Source: a virus
Length of the DNA: 64,000 nucleotides
Direction: 5' to 3' (one strand)
Virus record (IMG/VR): IMGVR_UViG_3300019886_000004
Location: 64,001 to 128,000 of that record
The position numbers and the translations under genes are program-made. This document shows positions 21,495 through 29,673 of the stretch, one piece after another (position 1 is the stretch's first letter; each line of letters starts with the position of its first letter). The notes below the pieces were generated by a model, which saw nothing but the letters and a program-made list of their open reading frames with translations, had not been told where the DNA came from and searched no databases.

Positions 21495-21526
21495 ATAATA
21501 TACTGAAAATATTCCATATAACCAAA
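21495..21526 (-). promoter_or_regulatory. Promoter of HNH gene (variant class)
   Basis: TTTG-N20-TATATTAT. Confidence 0.55.
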
Positions 21527-21537
21527 TTTATTTTCTA

Positions 21538-22230
21538 TTAACCTTTAACTTCATCTAATTGTTTTTTTTCTGAACATACGAATGTTTCAAGTTTTAGATT
21601 TGGTTTACTACATAATTCTTTTACTTCTTCCAAATCTTGGATCGGAATCCCTAATTCATCTGCAAAAAATTTAAAGCAATTTCCTTCCTCATTTTTTTTA
21701 TCATCAAAATTGGCATCTGGCCAAAGATAACAATAAAGTTTCTTTTGCTCAGTTGGTAATAAAGAAGACCATTTATAGTTTTTTATAATTTGTTTAGCTT
21801 TCTCTGTCATTTGAGAGTATCTACCTTTCATAAAATTACTCCAGTCACTTGTGTAACCAGAAAGATCATATGTATATAGATATTCATCTGGTGATTCATG
21901 AAATCCAACAAACCTTTTATTAGACATTAAAATAGTTTCATATTTTTCCCAACCAGTTTCTTGAATACTTATATTTTTAAAATTGTTATTAATTTGATTA
22001 TAAATATTATCTTGTTTAATCTTATAAATTTTAGAATAAGTAACAATTAATATTTTATCATCAAAACTAATACCATTTGGATAGTCACCACAAACTAGAT
22101 CTGGTGAAGATATATAAGTATTTGTTTCCGTGAAGTATTTATTCTTTATTAACCCAGTCAAAGGTAATAGAAATAGTTTTGACTTTTGTAGGTAACTTTT
22201 TTGCAGTAGAGAAGATTCTTTTTTATTCAT
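21538..22230 (-). CDS. Hypothetical phage protein
   Basis: 230-aa ORF; KSKLFLLP...FMKGRYS...KPNLKLET pattern reminiscent of crAss-like replication-region proteins. Confidence 0.65.
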   Translation of the reverse strand: MNKKESSLLQKSYLQKSKLFLLPLTGLIKNKYFTETNTYISSPDLVCGDYPNGISFDDKILIVTYSKIYKIKQDNIYNQINNNFKNISIQETGWEKYETILMSNKRFVGFHESPDEYLYTYDLSGYTSDWSNFMKGRYSQMTEKAKQIIKNYKWSSLLPTEQKKLYCYLWPDANFDDKKNEEGNCFKFFADELGIPIQDLEEVKELCSKPNLKLETFVCSEKKQLDEVKG

Positions 22231-22258
22231 TAAACAAATAAAGTTTAGAACATTTTAT

Positions 22259-23611
22259 TTATATTACATATTCGGAAAAACCATAAGGTAAATTAATTGG
22301 TCCATCATTAAATATCAAAGTAGATTCCGTAATTTTATCTTTCAAATTTTTCTTCCATCTTATAAGTGTAGATTTCTTGACTGTGAATCTCATGTAGTTA
22401 TACTCTTTGTCACATACAAACACTCCTGTTATTACATTAATACCCTGCTTTATTTTATCAGAATATTCTTTTTGAACCAATTCATTTATCAATGCTATTT
22501 TTAAAGATAATGGTGAAGATTCAATAACCTCATATATTTCTTTAATATTATCAACAAAAGTGAAAAATTCCAAGAATATTTCTTTATTTCTTACATCTAT
22601 ATATGGTATTGTTTCTTTAAAATAAAAAGGTTCAGAGTATTCAATAGTTTCCTCTATTTTATTATTTAACCTGTTACTTCTATAGTGTAAATTCGAAGGA
22701 TTTATTTTATACTCTTTATCATATAAATTGGATAAGTTATCAAAATATTCCTTTTGTTTTTCTGTTACTACAATTTTCTCTCCTCTTGTTAATAAATATC
22801 TAAAGTATGCGTGATAGTCCTTAGCTTCTTCAATAACTGTTTGCAAAGTCTTACCTTCATATCCAGCAAATTGATATGCTATTTTCTGTAACTCCTCCAT
22901 ATTGTCCAAACCATCGCATTCTAGGATGCTAAGTTGCTTATTTACTAATTCGGATAGTTTTTCTAGATATTTTTTCATTAAAGGAGACTCTGGTTTATCT
23001 GTCTCTATAGTAAATATTTCATCAAATTGACCTGACTGTAATATAGCAGTTTTTATTAAAATATCTATATTACTATCACTAGTAAAAGCAACAGGATCAT
23101 TATAGATTTCCCAAAACTTTCTTCTATTAATTAATGATAAATTAATTAAATATAGATTTAATGGCCTTCTAAAGCTAAAGTTTTTCTCCTTTTTCTCCTT
23201 TTTCTCCTCTACTTTTTCTTTTCTCATTAAATTCTTACCAAAATAATCTTCATGGAAAAGATTTCCATCGCTTGTAAATGGCTCTAAATCATATTCACTG
23301 TCTTGAGCCTCAACATAATTAATAGCTAATCCTTGATGATTACATATCCATGCTCTACCTTCTTTTTTGTCAACTATTCTACAATTGGCTAATTCATCTC
23401 TAGGAATTTTAACATATTCACTAATATCATCTCTTTTGATGACACCCAAAACACCAAGATTATTATGGACTATTAGTAGATTTTCATCCATTACATCAAT
23501 AATCTCAGATCCATCAAAGACTTCTTCAAAGATTTCTTCTTTGATTGAACTACCATCATATGATGGATTTTTTCCTTTTATATATTTTCTAACTGCTGCC
23601 ATTTTCCACAT
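22259..23611 (-). CDS. Hypothetical protein, possibly a degenerate PD-(D/E)XK nuclease
   Basis: 450-aa ORF next to the resolvase; no intact catalytic motif seen. Confidence 0.45.
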   Translation of the reverse strand: MWKMAAVRKYIKGKNPSYDGSSIKEEIFEEVFDGSEIIDVMDENLLIVHNNLGVLGVIKRDDISEYVKIPRDELANCRIVDKKEGRAWICNHQGLAINYVEAQDSEYDLEPFTSDGNLFHEDYFGKNLMRKEKVEEKKEKKEKNFSFRRPLNLYLINLSLINRRKFWEIYNDPVAFTSDSNIDILIKTAILQSGQFDEIFTIETDKPESPLMKKYLEKLSELVNKQLSILECDGLDNMEELQKIAYQFAGYEGKTLQTVIEEAKDYHAYFRYLLTRGEKIVVTEKQKEYFDNLSNLYDKEYKINPSNLHYRSNRLNNKIEETIEYSEPFYFKETIPYIDVRNKEIFLEFFTFVDNIKEIYEVIESSPLSLKIALINELVQKEYSDKIKQGINVITGVFVCDKEYNYMRFTVKKSTLIRWKKNLKDKITESTLIFNDGPINLPYGFSEYVI

Positions 23612-23960
23612 TTTTTAATACTTCGTAGAAATCTTCTTTTCTCAAAATAACGTAATCACCACACTTAAAAAATCGTGATCCGCGTTTTTCTGTAATTTCA
23701 TGAAAAACAACTAAAGGTTTATCTTTAAGTTTAAATTGCTCAAATATATCTCTATATTTTAGAGGACTAGTATAGCTTTTACATTGTATATGATAAGGAA
23801 ATCTTTTTAAAGATTCTGGAGTGTCAACTATGTCAACATCCATATTATCCATATATCTACTGTAAAGTCTAGATGTACCTACCAAATAACCTAGTTTCAA
23901 GTTATTTATCTCAGTTACAATTTTTCTTTCGTAGTTTGATCCTTTTACCTTGTTAAGCAT
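23589..23960 (-). CDS. Holliday junction resolvase (Hjc-like PD-(D/E)XK)
   Basis: KGSNYERKI...VDIVD...IQCK motif pattern. Confidence 0.75.
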   Translation of the reverse strand: MLNKVKGSNYERKIVTEINNLKLGYLVGTSRLYSRYMDNMDVDIVDTPESLKRFPYHIQCKSYTSPLKYRDIFEQFKLKDKPLVVFHEITEKRGSRFFKCGDYVILRKEDFYEVLKNVENGSS

Positions 23961-23974
23961 ACATTGGTTTTAAC

Positions 23975-24006
23975 CAAATATACGCATTTTTCATGAAATT
24001 ACCAAA
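23975..24006 (-). promoter_or_regulatory. Bacteroidetes sigma70-type promoter
   Basis: TTTG-N20-TATATTTG. Confidence 0.75.
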
Positions 24007-24015
24007 TTATTATTC

Positions 24016-24573
24016 TTAGACTTGCGTTATCTTCATTTCTTCATCAATATTTAAACTATATGTACTACATGTGTGTTTATAGTTATTTCGTCTATTTTTA
24101 AATGAAGACATTGATTGTAATCCTAGATTTTTAACACATTTAAGTATTATTGGCTGTTCAACATCAGAAATAATGAAATCAACAGAGCTATAATACATTA
24201 TATTACATATTGATTCTACCAGGTTTAAAACCTCTCTAAACATTTGTGTTGATTGTTCTGTGGTAATACTAATGGAATCTAACCCACTATGTATCATTGT
24301 ATAAGAATATATGTCATGAATTATAAGTTTTCCACAACAACTAGGATATTCTACTATGCTGAATCCCAAAATATTATATTCAGACTTAGTTAGTATAGAA
24401 AACGAAACAGGACCTTTGTTACCTATGGTTATCCTACTAATTGGACGAATCATACTATTAAATATATCATCCTCATCAGAATAAATCAAAGATTTTGATC
24501 TAGATACAAGTATTAAGTCTTTTATATTTAATATTTTACTAATATTATTCTTAAAGTCTAATATGCATCCCAT
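24016..24573 (-). CDS. 'CC'-motif GNAT-like protein (paralog 1, divergent)
   Basis: YPSCCGKLII...SFKNRRNN; similar to 25405, 42659, 44385. Confidence 0.5.
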   Translation of the reverse strand: MGCILDFKNNISKILNIKDLILVSRSKSLIYSDEDDIFNSMIRPISRITIGNKGPVSFSILTKSEYNILGFSIVEYPSCCGKLIIHDIYSYTMIHSGLDSISITTEQSTQMFREVLNLVESICNIMYYSSVDFIISDVEQPIILKCVKNLGLQSMSSFKNRRNNYKHTCSTYSLNIDEEMKITQV

Positions 24574-25424
24574 ACATCTGTAAGTTCTTTTTCCTTAATT
24601 AAGACTAGTATACCAAACTCATCACATATTTTACCAGCAAGTTCTTTATTACTGGAATTAATTGCCTCAACAATATCTATTGACATTTCATTAATCTTAT
24701 CCATTCCATGTTCATTATAATAGTCAAACATTTGATTGATTTGATTAAAAATGTACTCAACATATTCTCTATCTTCAACCCAGAAATTAGAAAGTGTTCT
24801 AGCTTCAAAACCCCTTGATTCACTCCATTCACACAACCTCATTTCTCCAGCCTTACCATATAGTTGTCTCCTTCTTTCATCGCTATCTAAAAATAGGCAA
24901 GGTATTGTCACAAAAGTATCAAAAACTTTCATTAAATCAATGGAATTATTTACATCAGCTCCTTCAAAGCTGAAATGAAGATGACCTCCGCACACCCTCA
25001 AATTAGTATCTAATAGATTACAAGAAGGATTCATTTCTCCATCCAACCAAGCATTATATGAAGGACTACATCCAGCCACCTTTGCTTCTGGATGCTCTAG
25101 TTGATCTTCTGTAAATTCTGCTGAAGGACAACAAGTTATTTTTAACTTTTCTTCCTTGGCATATTTACTTAATATGTAACTCTTAATATACTCAAGATTC
25201 TCCAAAAATTCCTGGCTACCATCTAATTTTACTGGCGGCACATTACATTCTTGTAATACACCATCATACTGTAAGCAACATCCCTTTCTAGGAAGTTGTT
25301 CTGGAAATTTCTTAGTTCCGCTATTAAAGGGTATTGCAGATATAAATTTTCCTTCATCATTAGTTAAAAATAGTTCAAAATCAGAACCTATTAGTACTGT
25401 TTCCTTATTTACTTTCATTTTCAT
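24558..25424 (-). CDS. phiEco32-like COOH-NH2 ligase type 2
   Basis: IGSDFELFL, DGVLQECN, AGCSPSYNAW, GGHLHF, RRQLYGKAGEMR, GFEARTLSNFW. Confidence 0.88.
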   Translation of the reverse strand: MKMKVNKETVLIGSDFELFLTNDEGKFISAIPFNSGTKKFPEQLPRKGCCLQYDGVLQECNVPPVKLDGSQEFLENLEYIKSYILSKYAKEEKLKITCCPSAEFTEDQLEHPEAKVAGCSPSYNAWLDGEMNPSCNLLDTNLRVCGGHLHFSFEGADVNNSIDLMKVFDTFVTIPCLFLDSDERRRQLYGKAGEMRLCEWSESRGFEARTLSNFWVEDREYVEYIFNQINQMFDYYNEHGMDKINEMSIDIVEAINSSNKELAGKICDEFGILVLIKEKELTDVWDAY

Positions 25425-25914
25425 TCAGATTTAATAGCCAAATATTTAAAGTATTTCCAGTTTTTGCATTAATAAACTCAAGGCTTTTTAACCAACCTTG
25501 TTTTTCAAATATCTTAACTTGATATTCATTATTTTTCTTATCTGCACCTTGCAATACACCATATCCATAATAGGAAGAAAAGTCAGACATGAACTTTGTT
25601 GCAATAGAACCAATTCCTTTATTTCTAAAGTTCTTAGATACAAGAAGATTGCTTCCAACAATTATACCACAACAATTATACATATCTTTTAAATCAAAAG
25701 TAACTATAGTTAATTTATTATAGTCTACTTTAAATATTAAGTTACATTGACCTTTTCCTATTTCTTCAGGATTATATTGATTAAAGAATTCTTCCAGGGT
25801 ATACTGTACCCCGGAAGAATTTTCGTAAACCTTTATTTCAATCTGTTGTTCCTTACATCCTATAATTTTAGATATATCTGTTCTAAACTTGGACTGAATT
25901 TCTTTCGTTTTCAT
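25405..25914 (-). CDS. GNAT-family acetyltransferase with CC motif (paralog 2)
   Basis: VSKNFRNKGIGS acetyl-CoA-binding motif A; YNCCGII; IFEKQGW. Confidence 0.7.
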   Translation of the reverse strand: MKTKEIQSKFRTDISKIIGCKEQQIEIKVYENSSGVQYTLEEFFNQYNPEEIGKGQCNLIFKVDYNKLTIVTFDLKDMYNCCGIIVGSNLLVSKNFRNKGIGSIATKFMSDFSSYYGYGVLQGADKKNNEYQVKIFEKQGWLKSLEFINAKTGNTLNIWLLNLNENESK

Positions 25915-26611
25915 GTTTGTAATTTGGAGACTTTTTTATTAAGTTTGTAATAAGATATCTTGCTAGCAAATTATAGTCTTCCTCTGGATGAAATTGACAA
26001 GCGGCTATCGGAAGAGTTTTATGTTGAAATACTTCTGCAATGTCATCCTTTGCAGTATATGCAATTAATTCTAGTGGCTCAGGTAACTCATCCTTTCTAA
26101 CACCTTGATGGTGAAGTGAACAACATTTCATTTTTTTACTTTTAGAATTCTTTAATAAAGATGTTTCTAATATAGTAAATTTCGGAGTGAATGTAAGATC
26201 ATTAACTAATTCTCCTCTATTTTCGGAATCACTATATCCATGCGTTCCAAGGTCTATATTTTGTATTAGTTTGCCACCAAAATGTACATTAATCATTTGG
26301 AAACCTAAACAGATTCCGAATACTGGTATTCCCGCATCAATATATTTAGGTAAATTAACTTTAGCAAAATGTTCTTTGAATGGATCTGGATCACTATTAA
26401 AATATCCTGGAACAGCCTCATAATTACTTGGTAAAGTATCCTTACCTCCTGGCATTATAATTAAATCTAAATCATTATCAATACCCATTTTTGGAGTTAG
26501 AATTCTAACATCTCCAAACACTTTGAAGAAGTGTAAATAAGATTTTGCTACACCAAAAGATAATTCTCCTTGACTCCAACCCGGTATTCCAATTTTAGGA
26601 ACGTATTTCAT
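25883..26611 (-). CDS. Class I glutamine amidotransferase / gamma-glutamyl hydrolase (peptidase C26)
   Basis: PGGKD, GICLGFQ, SLHHQG, QFHPE. Confidence 0.88.
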   Translation of the reverse strand: MKYVPKIGIPGWSQGELSFGVAKSYLHFFKVFGDVRILTPKMGIDNDLDLIIMPGGKDTLPSNYEAVPGYFNSDPDPFKEHFAKVNLPKYIDAGIPVFGICLGFQMINVHFGGKLIQNIDLGTHGYSDSENRGELVNDLTFTPKFTILETSLLKNSKSKKMKCCSLHHQGVRKDELPEPLELIAYTAKDDIAEVFQHKTLPIAACQFHPEEDYNLLARYLITNLIKKSPNYKHENERNSVQV

Positions 26612-26629
26612 ATTAATTCATTTAAAATT

Positions 26630-27289
26630 TTATAATTCATTATTAAAAAACTTCACTAAAGTCTTTTTAGTCCAATCCATTACTGGTTCAAATTGACTAG
26701 ATTTATGCATCATTTCCGGATGGAATTGAAACCCGATTGCACTAATTTTAGGAAAATAAATCGACTCAATTTCTTTAAAATTCCAAGGAAGTAAGATTGA
26801 TTTATCCTTTGGACCTAAATATCTATTAGACCTTCTCTTACTACTCCAAGCTAATACTTTATAGTTCCTTGGATCCTTAATTGTATAAGGATTGATCATT
26901 TGATGATGTATACTATTTGTATTTACAGAAACACCATCAAAAGTTGTTATTGTATGGCTGCTTCCACTATGACCACTAACGTCTTGAATCAACTTACCAC
27001 CCGCCATTGCACAAATAAATTGAATACCGCGACATATACCCAGCATCTTCTTACCAAGTTTTATACCTTCCATAAAGTCTTCTTTTTCTATCTTCTCCTT
27101 TTGTGGACTAGTCCAGGTCCTGTCACTTGCTTCTTCTCCATAGGTGCTTGGATCTACATCAGCTCCTCCCCCAAAAATTATTACATCTGCCTCTTCTATA
27201 TTTCTAGTATGTACAAATCCTAAATCCTGTAAGAAATTTCCATTATTTGCTCCACACGCAGACGTGAAATACTTATTTAATTTCTCCAT
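26630..27289 (-). CDS. Second class I glutamine amidotransferase / peptidase C26
   Basis: GGGADVDP, GICRGIQ, NSIHHQ, QFHPE. Confidence 0.88.
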   Translation of the reverse strand: MEKLNKYFTSACGANNGNFLQDLGFVHTRNIEEADVIIFGGGADVDPSTYGEEASDRTWTSPQKEKIEKEDFMEGIKLGKKMLGICRGIQFICAMAGGKLIQDVSGHSGSSHTITTFDGVSVNTNSIHHQMINPYTIKDPRNYKVLAWSSKRRSNRYLGPKDKSILLPWNFKEIESIYFPKISAIGFQFHPEMMHKSSQFEPVMDWTKKTLVKFFNNEL

Positions 27290-28094
27290 AAAGTCTTATT
27301 AAGTCGTTTCCTTCTATTCTTTTTTGAAAGTCTGAAATCTTTAAATTTGAATTAAATCTTGTTTGAAATAGTTTTCCAAGATTTCCATCTTTTTGGTTTT
27401 TAATCAACACATCAAACTCTTGCTTACTTAACAATTTACTAATGAAAGTTTCTCTATTTTCAACCCTAAGTAAGGAGAACGTTTCGTTAAATCCATGATT
27501 TCCTGCAAAATAATAGTGAGCCATTTGAAGTAATTCAAAGTCTTCAATCATTTTTGCATTGATACCATTTATAGCTTTTAAATTGACAAATCTACAAAAG
27601 TTCTTAACTACTTGATCATAATGGTCAGAAAATAAATATCTAACCATGCAATAAGCACAATAATTTCTTAATTGATTTTCATGAGAATTTTCTTTTATTT
27701 TTATTTTAAATGCTTCCCATTTATCTTCAATTATAAAACTACCCATGTCTAATTTCAATTCGTTCTCATTTTGCCATCCTTTCACTGATGTAAAATTCGT
27801 TCCAATCTCACTAGAAGTTTTATTACCTAAGTATTTTACTTCGCAAAAGAAATTAGATGTTAAGTCTATCCAATAATTAAAGAAACTTTTATTTCTGGCT
27901 TGCCTTATTAACCAGTCACTTGGATAATAAAATTTAATCTTTCCATTCTTAACCTTGTATTTATCATTGTTTATATCAAAAGTCATTTTAATTATTTGAG
28001 AACAATGTGTTACCATTTTCTTAATTACGATTTGATCGTCATCATCGTAAATTATGAAAAATCCATAACTATTTCTATTATTAATTGTCATCAT
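27273..28094 (-). CDS. Hypothetical protein in ligase cluster
   Basis: 273-aa ORF overlapping both neighbours. Confidence 0.6.
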   Translation of the reverse strand: MMTINNRNSYGFFIIYDDDDQIVIKKMVTHCSQIIKMTFDINNDKYKVKNGKIKFYYPSDWLIRQARNKSFFNYWIDLTSNFFCEVKYLGNKTSSEIGTNFTSVKGWQNENELKLDMGSFIIEDKWEAFKIKIKENSHENQLRNYCAYCMVRYLFSDHYDQVVKNFCRFVNLKAINGINAKMIEDFELLQMAHYYFAGNHGFNETFSLLRVENRETFISKLLSKQEFDVLIKNQKDGNLGKLFQTRFNSNLKISDFQKRIEGNDLIRLYGEIK

Positions 28095-29659
28095 TTGATT
28101 TCCATATTATTGTGCTTAAAATTAAAATTAGGATCATCATCAAACCACTTCGATTCAACAGTTTTGTAATTTTTATAAGATCCGTCTTTATTAAAAAATG
28201 TTTCATACCTCATCTTGTAATACTCCATTATATAATTTGTGTACTTTTCTCCTAAATTTTCAAGTAATACCTCTCTTAACGTAATGGACTTTGCAGTTAA
28301 GCAAGTTTTCACATTCTCAGCATATTTAAGAATGGAAGCACAAGTCAACATCCAAATTAATATTTTAGTTGAATTCACACTTCCTTCAGCGCAACGAAAT
28401 TCTAGAGTTCCAATTTTATTAAAATATAAATTTAGAAAATTAACCCAAAAATATCGAGATTCTTTTTGCCACTTCTCACCAGTTATAGCATGATAAACTG
28501 TTTTAGTAGAATAGATATTCTTTAACCACTTATCATAAAACATTTTTTTACCATCTACAACAACACTGGTTCTTATCAATTCCGGATCTCCATGTATAGC
28601 AGCTAAACTTTTTCCATTATTTAACCAAGTATATATTTTATTGAATTCATTGACAACACATTCATGGAATTTTTCCTCTGAATTTTGTTTGAAGATGAGA
28701 TCATATTTTACATCAAGATCACCTAGTGGTTTACAGTATATTTTACCATCTGATTTTATACTATTAAATCTACTATATGGAAAATATTTAACCATTTCAC
28801 CTTGAAGTAAATAACCTAATCTATACATTGATAAAGTAAATAATTTATCTTTTCTGACTTTTCCGAAGTGGAAATGCACTGAACAATAATTATTTACTTC
28901 ACACCTTTTGGTTAGTTCCTTGCAGAACTTTTTAATTACTTCTATACCCTTTGCACCACTCATCGGCATGGTTACCATCTCGATTCCCTCTCCATTATCA
29001 CTCCTTAAAGATCCGTCCTTTAAAGCTTTTATCCCGTACTTATTTCTTATTCTTCTAGGAATAAAACCATTTATGACTTCAGCTTCCATTCCAAAACTAT
29101 AATCACCTACAAACTTAGCTAATCTCTTAGAATCAGCTGATACTTTAATTTCTAGTTTTGCATACACTTCTTCTAACTGTTTCTTTCTTTCAGGATCAGC
29201 TTCTAAGTTATAACTCTTAGATCTCTCAACATTTGGAATATGTTTCTTATTAAACCATTCTTTTATATCTTTATCAGTTATAAAAGACTTTTCATAAAAT
29301 ATTCCATCATAAATAGATTCAATGAATGAAAGCTTTTCTGCTAGTTCTTCATTTAATATATATATAAAGGAACCTATTCTTTTATCCTTAGCTGTCACGT
29401 ATAAATCATTATCGCAAAACCAACCCTCTTCCCCATTCTCATTTATAATACCCTTAATTAATGCAGTATTTGCTTTCAGCACATATTTTTTAGAATAGTT
29501 ATCATAAATTATTTTATCAGTGGATGTAATTCTATACCATTGATCGTCTTCCATTTTAAAACAAGCCTCATTTTCCTTGTAATACTTATCAAGTATTTTA
29601 TGAGCGCTATCTTTTGGTATTAGATTACCTAAATAATCCTTTACAAGTTTCTTGCTCAT
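28091..29659 (-). CDS. Putative amidoligase (Amidoligase_2 / glutamine-synthetase-like fold)
   Basis: FGMEAEV, KDGSL, GIEMVT, CSVHFHFG, RYFWVN, TLEFR. Confidence 0.8.
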   Translation of the reverse strand: MSKKLVKDYLGNLIPKDSAHKILDKYYKENEACFKMEDDQWYRITSTDKIIYDNYSKKYVLKANTALIKGIINENGEEGWFCDNDLYVTAKDKRIGSFIYILNEELAEKLSFIESIYDGIFYEKSFITDKDIKEWFNKKHIPNVERSKSYNLEADPERKKQLEEVYAKLEIKVSADSKRLAKFVGDYSFGMEAEVINGFIPRRIRNKYGIKALKDGSLRSDNGEGIEMVTMPMSGAKGIEVIKKFCKELTKRCEVNNYCSVHFHFGKVRKDKLFTLSMYRLGYLLQGEMVKYFPYSRFNSIKSDGKIYCKPLGDLDVKYDLIFKQNSEEKFHECVVNEFNKIYTWLNNGKSLAAIHGDPELIRTSVVVDGKKMFYDKWLKNIYSTKTVYHAITGEKWQKESRYFWVNFLNLYFNKIGTLEFRCAEGSVNSTKILIWMLTCASILKYAENVKTCLTAKSITLREVLLENLGEKYTNYIMEYYKMRYETFFNKDGSYKNYKTVESKWFDDDPNFNFKHNNMEIK

Positions 29660-29673
29660 TGATTTTAATTTAA

